DNA from: a virus | Virus record (IMG/VR): IMGVR_UViG_3300032229_000588 | Span: 1-64,000 of that record | Length of the DNA: 64,000 nucleotides | Direction: 5' to 3' (one strand) | Shown: positions 30,190 to 39,181 of the stretch, piece after piece | How the letters are laid out: each line of letters starts with the position of its first letter | Numbering within the stretch: the stretch's first letter is position 1 | Translations under genes and position numbers: made by a program | The notes under the pieces: generated by a model | Told to the model about the DNA's origin: nothing | Database searches by the model: none | The model's input: only the letters and a program-made list of their open reading frames with translations

Positions 30190-32895
30190 TTTTTCTTTCC
30201 AATCTGCTTCAGCAAAATCATACATGTAGTCTGGTTCAAGACCTCGTTTTTCCCAATATTTCAATTCTTGTTCAGTAATATCAAGTACGTCTTCTTGTAG
30301 TCTATCTTGGTCACCTTCACCTAATGGATGTCCATTGATAAGTTCACATTGTGATTTAGTGAAGATACCTCTTTTTTCAGGGTCATTAACAATTAAGTTA
30401 TTTCTTACCTCATCTTGGAATACAACCATTAATGGTTCCATTCTTTTGTTAAATGTGGTAATCGCTCTTGGTACATTGTAATCACCTGTTAAGTTTGGAT
30501 TGTTTTCCAAGATGTCCTTACTCAACATATAACAGTTAATCTGAACACCATCACCTTTTTTCTGAACATCACCATGAGATGCCTTCAAACCATTATTTAC
30601 ATACATGATAACATCCCCAAGATTTACTGCAAGGTTTTCTTGTAGTGCAAGTTCCATGTGAGCCATTCTACTCATACTATTACCCGCCTTAGTTTTTGTG
30701 GTTAATCGTTTCTTATAATCATCAAGAGTCAACTTAACCTTAGCTCGTTGTGCAATCTTACTTAATGGAATTTGTTTGTCAAAAATCTTTTGTAGGTATT
30801 CGTAGTAGTATTCAACAAATGCCTGACCATCACCTTCTAACAACATCTTAATACCTTTGTCCAAGAACTCCTCGATATAGATTGGAAGTTTCTTTGACTT
30901 GATACTGTTACCTGTCAATTTGATTTTACCCTTGGCATCCATAACCGCATAGTTCTTACGAGCCAAGTTAATACATGAAGGCCAAACACCATCCGTATCG
31001 AGTGCCATCTCACCTCTCATGAAGATATCGTTATACTCGGCAACGTCAGCTTCGGGACCATAATATTCTTTACCCTCTTTAACTTTCCAATTCAATCCAC
31101 GACCAACATATACTCTGTCTTTAGCGTCGTCAGGAGTCGAGAAGTTCACACCGTCCGTATCCATTACCAATGGAACATATCCTTTCGTCATAAAGAACTT
31201 AATCATTTGACGAAGGTATTGTCTACCTGTACAAGTAATTTGTTCTCCCATATACATGTCACCCCAAGCAAATACCTGTGGTGCTGACAACGCACCGAAC
31301 ATCGAGTTGATGAAAATCTTAATCGGTAATTGTTTGTTACCGTATGACTCTGATTTCTTACGGTCAGTATCATAGTATTGTTCCGCAAGTTGTTTGTACT
31401 TGATACGAGTATCACGGAAATACTTTAACATTCCTTTCATCGCACCTGTAACATCACACTTAGGGAATACATCATGTACCAACTGAATAGATGGATACAG
31501 AGACGAGAAGTCGAGCTTAAGTACGTTCTTACTATAACCAACCTTAAGTAGTCGTGAAAGACCTCCTACGAAGTCTGTCTTACCCTGTTTAGCGGGGATT
31601 GCAAGTCCGTGTTTGTAAGACCAAGCCAACATCAACATTTTCCATAATGTGGCGGTACCCATGGTTGAAACCCTTTCATATGTTGTTGGAATCATCGCCG
31701 CCAACAAGAACGAACCTTGGTTGAACTCTTGGTCAACCTTTAGGGTTTCATCTAAGTCATCGTCAAGATACATCTCGACAATCTTATCACCTGTAACTTT
31801 TTTGTAGACGTTAGGGAATTTAATATCTAAGTTATCGTATTCAGGATTGTCAGCTTTTTTGTATTTACCGTTCTGAGTATTTAACCAAAACTCTTCTTTG
31901 TTAAGATATAACTTACCGATGTTATCGTGTTCTATATAAACACGACTCGGTGATTCAGCATTGATGTACTTGGTAATGTATTTCAAACCTGCCGCTTTGA
32001 TACTTGAATTGATTGCCTGAGCTCTACGAACTGCGTGGATAATATCAATTACATTATATCCCCAAATTGAAGTTTGAGTATATGTCTCTACCTCGTTGGC
32101 AAGTTTCAACATCCCGTCTTTTCTTGTAAATGAATGTTGGGGGTGTAGAGATTTACAAATCTTTTTTGGGTCAAGTCCCAAGATTTTACAACGTTCAAAT
32201 ATCCAATGCCAGTCAAAGTTCGCCGAGTTATATCCACCAATGATACTTGGTTTTAATTCGTCAATTACTCGGAAGAATTCGATAATCGCATTTCGTTCTT
32301 CAGATTCATCGAAACATTCAATAACTCTGTGGTATCCTTTATTTGTTTTAATTCCAATCATGAATATACGACCGTCCTGTGGTTCAAGAGAGGTCGTCTC
32401 CAAGTCATATACGAGTCGGGTGACTTCATCGTAGTTCTCGAATCCCTTAAATAGTCGTTTTTCTTTTGAGATGAGGTATTGTTCTACAGGTGGGAGGATA
32501 ATAATTTTATCCTTCGTTTTTTCTCCCCATGGGTCACATCCACCTTCTCTAAAGAATTGGATAAGTTCACGATAACCTTTAAGAGATTTAACCATAAAGG
32601 TCATACCCTTTTCTAATCGCTCATCACCATGAGTTTCCAATTTGTCAATCATGATACCATGTTTGGTCATGGCTTCCTTTTGAGCGGCTTTGGAACCACC
32701 GTAAAAGTTGATATTGCGTAAATCACCTACCCAAGCGAATGGGGTAAATGTATCCTTACGGATTTCTTTTCCTTTACCAGGAATTTCTTTTATTTTGTAA
32801 ATGGAGTTGGATGCGTAGTCAAATTCGATTGCTACAATAAATTCTTCAGGGTCATTACCATGTAAGAATGATTCAATTTCTTCGTTAGATATCAT
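30166..32895 (-). CDS. polB: Family B DNA polymerase
   Basis: ExoI DLETT, ExoII YNSANFD, ExoIII YLDDD, motif A DFSSLYPSI, motif B KIFINSMFG, motif C DTDG, RKNYA. Confidence 0.95.
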   Translation of the reverse strand: MISNEEIESFLHGNDPEEFIVAIEFDYASNSIYKIKEIPGKGKEIRKDTFTPFAWVGDLRNINFYGGSKAAQKEAMTKHGIMIDKLETHGDERLEKGMTFMVKSLKGYRELIQFFREGGCDPWGEKTKDKIIILPPVEQYLISKEKRLFKGFENYDEVTRLVYDLETTSLEPQDGRIFMIGIKTNKGYHRVIECFDESEERNAIIEFFRVIDELKPSIIGGYNSANFDWHWIFERCKILGLDPKKICKSLHPQHSFTRKDGMLKLANEVETYTQTSIWGYNVIDIIHAVRRAQAINSSIKAAGLKYITKYINAESPSRVYIEHDNIGKLYLNKEEFWLNTQNGKYKKADNPEYDNLDIKFPNVYKKVTGDKIVEMYLDDDLDETLKVDQEFNQGSFLLAAMIPTTYERVSTMGTATLWKMLMLAWSYKHGLAIPAKQGKTDFVGGLSRLLKVGYSKNVLKLDFSSLYPSIQLVHDVFPKCDVTGAMKGMLKYFRDTRIKYKQLAEQYYDTDRKKSESYGNKQLPIKIFINSMFGALSAPQVFAWGDMYMGEQITCTGRQYLRQMIKFFMTKGYVPLVMDTDGVNFSTPDDAKDRVYVGRGLNWKVKEGKEYYGPEADVAEYNDIFMRGEMALDTDGVWPSCINLARKNYAVMDAKGKIKLTGNSIKSKKLPIYIEEFLDKGIKMLLEGDGQAFVEYYYEYLQKIFDKQIPLSKIAQRAKVKLTLDDYKKRLTTKTKAGNSMSRMAHMELALQENLAVNLGDVIMYVNNGLKASHGDVQKKGDGVQINCYMLSKDILENNPNLTGDYNVPRAITTFNKRMEPLMVVFQDEVRNNLIVNDPEKRGIFTKSQCELINGHPLGEGDQDRLQEDVLDITEQELKYWEKRGLEPDYMYDFAEADWKEKLGILETV

Positions 32896-32984
32896 AATAT
32901 TAATTTCGTTGGTTTATTAGCTTTCACACCATCGTGAAATTTACCTTCGTAAATAAATATAAATGAAATAACGAATTAATCAAA

Positions 32985-33362
32985 TTAACAACAAGCAGTT
33001 TCTGAAATAAAACTTGGTTGGACGTTAATATACAATTCCTCTCTAATTGGGAGAATTAAATTACCCTCATCGTTCTTAATTAAGAATTGACCAACGTATC
33101 TACCAGGTTCGTCCGTATCTCTTGAACTAAACTTGAAATAGATGTAATATTCAGGTGCAGCACCTAATGGTAGGATAAGTGAAACGATTTCACAAGGTGC
33201 AGATACTATTTTAGGAATTTCGGTTTCAACATTAATCATTGTAAAGAAAATAGTAGAAACTTCCAAGTCCTGCATTAGTTCCAAGTAACCAGCTCTACCA
33301 TCTTTTACTACTTGCATTTTTAATACAGGTAGCGTCGCATTTTGTTTAATAAAGAATTCCAT
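32985..33362 (-). CDS. Hypothetical Ig-like/BppU-N-like structural adaptor
   Basis: MEFFIKQNATLPVLKMQV...DTDEPGRYVGQF...LILP resembles baseplate upper protein N-domains; preceded by a TATTTATT motif. Confidence 0.5.
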   Translation of the reverse strand: MEFFIKQNATLPVLKMQVVKDGRAGYLELMQDLEVSTIFFTMINVETEIPKIVSAPCEIVSLILPLGAAPEYYIYFKFSSRDTDEPGRYVGQFLIKNDEGNLILPIREELYINVQPSFISETACC

Positions 33363-33378
33363 AACAATAAATATATTG

Positions 33379-35055
33379 TTAAGACTCTTTTCTTAAACTT
33401 CTTTCATAATGTTCAAATCTATCGTGTTCTGTTGGTGTCATCAGTAACAATCCAGGGTATAACTCACCTTTCTTAACCAACTGATACATATGACTCATCC
33501 AAGTCTGTTCAAATGGATGACCCCATGTTGTATCTAAAAACATTTTTTGATTTCCTGTTCTTGTAACTATCTGAGGCCAATTACAATAATAAACTTCACC
33601 TGTCACATATGGTATTCCTTGAAACGAATTAATTGAATCGTATACGGCTCTTGGAGCATTTGGGTCCAACCCTTGAACAGGTAATCTATTTTTGCCAGGC
33701 CAAAATTGCTCTCTAACATTTTGAGGTACATTATACCAAGACCATTGGGTTCCGTTGTCACCAAAAAATTCACTGTAATTAAGTTTTAAGAAATCAAAGT
33801 TTTCTTTTTTAACAATCTGTAATGTCTTTGAATATAAATTTGGGACGTATCTGTTAAAACCATTACGACATACCTCACCTTCGTGTGGGTAGAAAAACAT
33901 ATCATCTTCAAAGAACAAATAGAAGTCTAAATCAGTTTCATTTTGAAAATGTTCTGCAATCCATTGACGACCGCCACAAATACCTAAATTATCTTTTTTA
34001 ATATGTTCAAATCCATATTCTTCACATAACTCAGCATAATCGTCAAATGTTGATTTATCACTGGAGTTATCTAATAAAAACTTTTTAGTTTTTAATAAAT
34101 AATCTTTATCATACGCCTCCATTGACTCAATTAGAGTTAAGAATTGTTTTGGACTATTAAAAGTAATAACATATAAACCAACTTTATTCACATCTAAAGA
34201 ATTTGTAGTCCCTCTAATATTTTCTGATTTAGCAACTAAGTTATTGTTTTTTAAATCTTCGAAAAACTTACCAACTAATCCGTTTGGTTCAATTTCAAAA
34301 TAGTTAATTAAATCAGAATGTTTGTAACACATGATACTAAAGATTGATTCTTCAGTTCCCATGTAACCCTCATCTAACGTTGTCTTTAGTAAATTATAAT
34401 ATATTCCATTAATATCCGCAATTGAATGTTTTGGACCACCAAAAAACCCACCACGAGCAACTTTATTTACCTTTGCTCCCGCAAGAGAATTTAATTTATT
34501 ATATTCAAATCCATGAATTTCTCTTTCCGCGTCGTATGGGAAACAAATAAATGAAAACTTTGAAATGTATTTTGATAAATTATTAAAAACTTTATCATGG
34601 GTAAAATAACCTTGGTGAACGGTATTTGTTAATCCTCCATCAATCCAAAACATATATTCAGAATCAAATCTGTCCATAATTTTTGCATCATGTAATAAGA
34701 ATACTTTGGACATTACTAATGGATTATAATTTTCTAATCTACCTTGAGTCGATTCTTTTAACCATCCTGCCAAGTTTTGCCAGTTTTCATCAGTTCTGAT
34801 AGACTGAATCTTATCAAAAAATTCAGAATCAGTGAACCAAGATAATGGTCTTAAAACAAATTGGGTGTTGTCCGAACTACGTCTTTCAAATACAAACTTT
34901 TGAAGTTCTTCATCACCAAAAATTATCATATTCTCCTCACACTTTAAAAGTTGTTCGAACTTATCTAAATAATGTTGGAATGGTCTTGACCATCCTTCTG
35001 ATAATTCACCTCTACCGATGTCCCAAATTCCTGTTACTAATGTTATATTACTCAT
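33379..35055 (-). CDS. Two-domain glycosyltransferase: HtrL/YibB-like N-domain plus GT-A C-domain
   Basis: ITLVTGIWDIGR, YNPLVMSK, FWIDGG, GGFFGG, GTEESIF; second domain GLYVITFN...NLGICGGRQ...FFEDD. Confidence 0.7.
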   Translation of the reverse strand: MSNITLVTGIWDIGRGELSEGWSRPFQHYLDKFEQLLKCEENMIIFGDEELQKFVFERRSSDNTQFVLRPLSWFTDSEFFDKIQSIRTDENWQNLAGWLKESTQGRLENYNPLVMSKVFLLHDAKIMDRFDSEYMFWIDGGLTNTVHQGYFTHDKVFNNLSKYISKFSFICFPYDAEREIHGFEYNKLNSLAGAKVNKVARGGFFGGPKHSIADINGIYYNLLKTTLDEGYMGTEESIFSIMCYKHSDLINYFEIEPNGLVGKFFEDLKNNNLVAKSENIRGTTNSLDVNKVGLYVITFNSPKQFLTLIESMEAYDKDYLLKTKKFLLDNSSDKSTFDDYAELCEEYGFEHIKKDNLGICGGRQWIAEHFQNETDLDFYLFFEDDMFFYPHEGEVCRNGFNRYVPNLYSKTLQIVKKENFDFLKLNYSEFFGDNGTQWSWYNVPQNVREQFWPGKNRLPVQGLDPNAPRAVYDSINSFQGIPYVTGEVYYCNWPQIVTRTGNQKMFLDTTWGHPFEQTWMSHMYQLVKKGELYPGLLLMTPTEHDRFEHYERSLRKES

Positions 35056-35929
35056 AGATTCTGTTAAATTCTTCTAATATTCTAAAAAAGCTTTTATTTA
35101 CTGTGAACATTTCATCCGTCACTCCTGCGGGTGCATTATCTCTACACCACCAAATGTCAAAATGTTTACGTTCAAACAATTCACGATGATTTACATACAT
35201 GAGACTCATAACTTGTTCTTCATGTGGAAGACCCTCATCCTCAGTTAAAATGTCACTAACATATTTCTCAAACAAAGTTACAACCTCATCCCATTTATCT
35301 CTATGACCACCAAACATACCACCAATGATGTGAATACTTCTATCAAACTCTTTATACCATTTTGGGTCAACAGTTCCCGACCAATAGTTTCGGTCGTTCT
35401 CTTTACCAAGAAGTAAAAACTTATCGTTAGTGTCGGTTATCACGTTTTTAAGAAATTCATTATTGAATAGAGTACTTTCATAATATCTCGCTTGAGGATG
35501 TTCTCCAACAAGATATTTGTTTGGTATTAAACCACAATGTGAAAGACCAGCATCAATCCAATAATAGTAGTCGTAAGATTTATCTTCGTTCCACCACCAA
35601 TGGAATTTAGAGTATTGAATCTCAATACATCTATCTCCTTGTTTAATTTGGTCTACATTTTTTCTTAATTTGATTAAATCCCTGAATTTTGTTTCAGAAA
35701 TGTCAAATATTTGAAATTTTAATTTTTCAGGTGAGATTGAGTGTTCGTCGTAAAAGAAAGACTTTAACGATTCGATTTCACGGTCTGATGTATAACATAG
35801 GAAATCTGCGTCGGTCATCTTTAACAATGAAAGAAGACTATATCTGTAATGACCATTTCTACCTACCCTACCACCGAATTCTGTTCCGTGTAAATCACTG
35901 TATATTGATGTGATAAATTTAACTGACAT
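35048..35929 (-). CDS. HtrL/YibB-like putative glycosyltransferase
   Basis: IQYSKF, YYWIDAGL, IIGGMFGG, HEEQVM; paralogous to the N-domain of 33379..35055. Confidence 0.65.
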   Translation of the reverse strand: MSVKFITSIYSDLHGTEFGGRVGRNGHYRYSLLSLLKMTDADFLCYTSDREIESLKSFFYDEHSISPEKLKFQIFDISETKFRDLIKLRKNVDQIKQGDRCIEIQYSKFHWWWNEDKSYDYYYWIDAGLSHCGLIPNKYLVGEHPQARYYESTLFNNEFLKNVITDTNDKFLLLGKENDRNYWSGTVDPKWYKEFDRSIHIIGGMFGGHRDKWDEVVTLFEKYVSDILTEDEGLPHEEQVMSLMYVNHRELFERKHFDIWWCRDNAPAGVTDEMFTVNKSFFRILEEFNRIYE

Positions 35930-36653
35930 ATGTAAATTCTTTGTGTTGTTTATTTTTTTTCATTTCATCGGTTAGTGTTCCATGTAAATACTCTGAAGGT
36001 ATCTTACAAGGACTGTATAAATTCCAATTATATGTTTGAGTATAAAAATTATTGTATTGTCCTTGAGACACATCAGACCAACTACTCATTTGAGGAGCAA
36101 TTGGTAAAATTGGACAATAACTTTGTTTTAATGGGAGAATAAATTGATAGATGAAATCATCAATTGCATAATAATTTAAATTTTCAGGAATCTCCATTTT
36201 AAGAACTTCGTCGTATATTGACTCATGATATAATATCATATTTGTTGCAAATATACCCCTTTCGTGTTCTTTTTTTGGAGGTAAGTTTGTTATGTCTAAA
36301 AACAATGGTTGTTCTTCACTACGATTAACAGGTCGATTTAATGTTGGTGCAAAATTAATTATACCGAAATCAAACTCACCAGTTTCAGTTTCAATCTTAT
36401 TAATTAAATCTTTTGAATATGGTAAGAAGGTACAATCATCTTCTATTACCAAAACTGATTTATATCCACGTTCTTTAGCGATTTTAATAATTTCAGTATG
36501 AGACAAAGTACATCCACCATGATGATTTAAATCAACCGCTTTAAACAATTCATAGTCCCAACCCATATAGTCCAATTCTTTTTGGATATGTTCTAATCGG
36601 TCAGGTCGTCTTTCTAAATTAACGACAAACTTAGGTATACTTGTGATATTCAT
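35919..36653 (-). CDS. Glycosyltransferase family 25
   Basis: FVVNLERRPDRL, FKAVD, GCTLSH, VLVIEDD. Confidence 0.85.
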   Translation of the reverse strand: MNITSIPKFVVNLERRPDRLEHIQKELDYMGWDYELFKAVDLNHHGGCTLSHTEIIKIAKERGYKSVLVIEDDCTFLPYSKDLINKIETETGEFDFGIINFAPTLNRPVNRSEEQPLFLDITNLPPKKEHERGIFATNMILYHESIYDEVLKMEIPENLNYYAIDDFIYQFILPLKQSYCPILPIAPQMSSWSDVSQGQYNNFYTQTYNWNLYSPCKIPSEYLHGTLTDEMKKNKQHKEFTYVS

Positions 36654-37918
36654 TAACTAACGTGGTTGTGGGTTAATCTACCTGTGATTCTATCACACCA
36701 TCCTTTTGATTCTGAGTGAGGCCATACAACCCAATAAGATGGCATCTCATCTGTTTGGAATTCTCTCCATACTTTACAATATCCATCAGGGTCTCTCATG
36801 AAACCTGCAATTTCATTTTTGTCCGCATCTTTTCTAAATAAAGTTTCATCTTTATCGTTATGGAATGCAACAACCCAAAAATCATAATCTGTTTCAGGAA
36901 CTTGAGAATAACCAATATCAATGCAATGTTTGAACATCATACAGAAACTATCTTTCCATTCTTGTTCGGTTTCAAAATTATATGGGTTTGGTGGATAGTT
37001 TTTATCTAATGTGTGTTTGTCGATTGCTCTTTTTGAAAAAAGGATGCCTGTATATTTTTCATAATCAGTTAAGGTTCTAACAGGACCAAAACCATAAGGA
37101 CCATCATGACCCTCTTGAGTTTCACCATCCATACCAAACAACTTTCTATTTGTTAAATGTGAGTGAGTATTTCGTTGACCCCAAGTTTTGTCATCATCCC
37201 ACTGTTTTGTTCTACCTTTACGAGTGTACTCATGGTAAACAACAGGGATGTGTGGGTGGAATAAATCGTAACCCCAAGTGTAAGCTCTTGCAGCAATTGA
37301 AATCTCTTCTCCGTGGAAATAATATTCAGGGTTGTGTTGAACTTCAGTTGAGAATTGTCCTAATGTAAAACAGAAGTGAGCCGAGTAGAATCTTGCAGTT
37401 ACAGGTTTTGTCATTTCTCTCCAACCTGGAATTGTTTCAGGTAAGAAGAACACCGCACCTTCAGGAATAAAACGGTCAAACACCATTCTCCAAGCGTCTT
37501 GAGCTCTCCCTGCAGGGTCATTTTCGGGGTCAAAAGAAGGAACGTAGCCCGTAAGTAGAGGCTTCTTATACCCGTCCTTCTGTAACCCCTTTATCATTTT
37601 GATAAGGATATCATCCCAATCCTTAACAAATCTCATGTGAGAATCAATTTGTAGTGTGTATGTTTCACCCTTGTAAAGTTGTTGAACTTGATGTCTTGCC
37701 CAACATACACCTTTGGCATCTTGATAAGGAATATCTAAGATTCTAAATCTTTTGTCTTTTCTGTATTCATCTAAGTTATCAAACCCATCTTCGTCGCTAT
37801 ATTGTCTTGCAATACCGATAACAAGGTTATTTGGTTTCTTGGCATTTGCCAACATGTCTTTAATTGTTGGGACCAACTGTGGGTCTCTGTACGATGCGAT
37901 TTGAACGAATATTTTCAT
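36653..37918 (-). CDS. GT60-family polypeptide alpha-N-acetylglucosaminyltransferase-like enzyme
   Basis: IFVQIASYRDPQL, AKGVCWARH, LQIDSHMRF (DSH motif), LLTGY, YFHGEEI, TWGYDLFHP, VVYHEY. Likely start is ATG 37918, because the longer ORF overlaps a terminator. Confidence 0.85.
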   Translation of the reverse strand: MKIFVQIASYRDPQLVPTIKDMLANAKKPNNLVIGIARQYSDEDGFDNLDEYRKDKRFRILDIPYQDAKGVCWARHQVQQLYKGETYTLQIDSHMRFVKDWDDILIKMIKGLQKDGYKKPLLTGYVPSFDPENDPAGRAQDAWRMVFDRFIPEGAVFFLPETIPGWREMTKPVTARFYSAHFCFTLGQFSTEVQHNPEYYFHGEEISIAARAYTWGYDLFHPHIPVVYHEYTRKGRTKQWDDDKTWGQRNTHSHLTNRKLFGMDGETQEGHDGPYGFGPVRTLTDYEKYTGILFSKRAIDKHTLDKNYPPNPYNFETEQEWKDSFCMMFKHCIDIGYSQVPETDYDFWVVAFHNDKDETLFRKDADKNEIAGFMRDPDGYCKVWREFQTDEMPSYWVVWPHSESKGWCDRITGRLTHNHVS

Positions 37919-37944
37919 GTAATAATATTTTATACATAAAAATA

Positions 37945-37974
37945 AAAAACCCTCCACGAAGGTGAAGGGTTTTT
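37945..37974 (-). terminator. Intrinsic terminator after the Thr/Pro-rich gene array
   Basis: The - strand reads AAAAACCCTTCAC-CTTC-GTGGAGGGTTTTT; the G-U pair works only on the - strand. Confidence 0.75.
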
Positions 37975-37995
37975 GAGTATATTAATTTTGTTTTT

Positions 37996-39111
37996 TTAGA
38001 TACATGCGTTAGGGTCAACTCCAGTAACTTCACCCAATCCTCCTGATACTATGAACGCTGCAGTTCCATTAGAGTAGTATCCGTCAATAACAGGTACTGT
38101 TAATGCTGTATCGAAGTATAAGTACTCACCCGCGTTTGGACCAGGTCCTCCTGCTACTGTACCATAGATTGTATTAGGTGCTGAAATAAAGTCAGTACAT
38201 GCATCATTTGCCGTTGCTCCTGTTCCTAAACTATAAGTGTAATAACCAAATGTTGCCGTTGGTGTTGATGTAACTGTTGGTGTTTGTGTTGTAGTTGTTG
38301 TTACTGTTGGAGTTATTGTCGGTGTTAATGTGTTTGTCGGTGTTGGTGTTAAGGTTGTACATAATGAACCAAACCCTGTAGGAACACCAAAGTCATCCAA
38401 TTCAGTAACATAATTACCATTTTTATAGAAACCACTCAAATCAACAGTTGAATTACCTGTTGGTACATTCCAGAATTCAGTAGATAAATCAAATTGTGGG
38501 TTATTACCGTAAATTGTTACTGTTGAGTTATATTGACCACAAGCCTCATCTTGAGTTGTACCAGTATAAACTGTGAAAGCAACTCTAGCAATTGTTGGAG
38601 TTGGTGTCGGTGTTGCCGCTGCAGTTCCTGTTTGTGTATTTGTTGGAGTTATACTTGGTGTTGGAGTTACAGGTGAAGTTCCTGTAGGTGTAGGTGTTGG
38701 AGTTACTGCCGCAGTTCCTGTGTTAGTTGGTGTTGGGGTTACTGCCGCAGTCCCTGTTTGAGTTTGAGTTATTGTTGGTGTTGGTGTTGGAGTATGAGAT
38801 GCGGTAACACTTGGTGTCGGTGTATTAGTTGCAGTAACACTTGGTGTTGGTGTATTAGTTGGTGTAACTGATGGGGTCATTGTAGGTGTTGGACTTGGGT
38901 AAACAGGTGGGAATACACCTTCATTTACCAATACAATACTACTTTGATATAGTTGTGCAATTGAATACGTGTTATTGATTAACCAAATATTTTTGGTTTG
39001 GTTAGGGTACAATTCTACCTGGTATTCCCACATAGAATCATCACATCTTCTATAATTGAAGTTGATTATAGTAGAACCTGTGTTCGTCAAAGTATATTTA
39101 CTACATGCCAT
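37996..39111 (-). CDS. Mucin-like Thr/Pro-rich modular protein (probable virion appendage)
   Basis: N-terminal [10 protein letters not shown] module, two TPT tracts and two Cys-bracketed modules of about 75-80 aa; no signal peptide. Confidence 0.75.
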   Translation of the reverse strand: MACSKYTLTNTGSTIINFNYRRCDDSMWEYQVELYPNQTKNIWLINNTYSIAQLYQSSIVLVNEGVFPPVYPSPTPTMTPSVTPTNTPTPSVTATNTPTPSVTASHTPTPTPTITQTQTGTAAVTPTPTNTGTAAVTPTPTPTGTSPVTPTPSITPTNTQTGTAAATPTPTPTIARVAFTVYTGTTQDEACGQYNSTVTIYGNNPQFDLSTEFWNVPTGNSTVDLSGFYKNGNYVTELDDFGVPTGFGSLCTTLTPTPTNTLTPTITPTVTTTTTQTPTVTSTPTATFGYYTYSLGTGATANDACTDFISAPNTIYGTVAGGPGPNAGEYLYFDTALTVPVIDGYYSNGTAAFIVSGGLGEVTGVDPNACI

Positions 39112-39181
39112 CGTTTTGTTTTCTTTTAATATAAATACTTTATACAGGTTAAAGTTTACAACTAATTATTTTATTTTTTAA

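Noticed and set aside
30166-32895. Intein or intron in the DNA polymerase, helicase or RecA
   Set aside because: Motif spacing and lengths are ordinary; no intein or homing-endonuclease motifs were seen.
37919-37957. Extended N-terminus (MEGFLFLCIKYYY) of GT60 as a membrane anchor
   Set aside because: It overlaps the terminator hairpin; the family motif begins right at ATG 37918.
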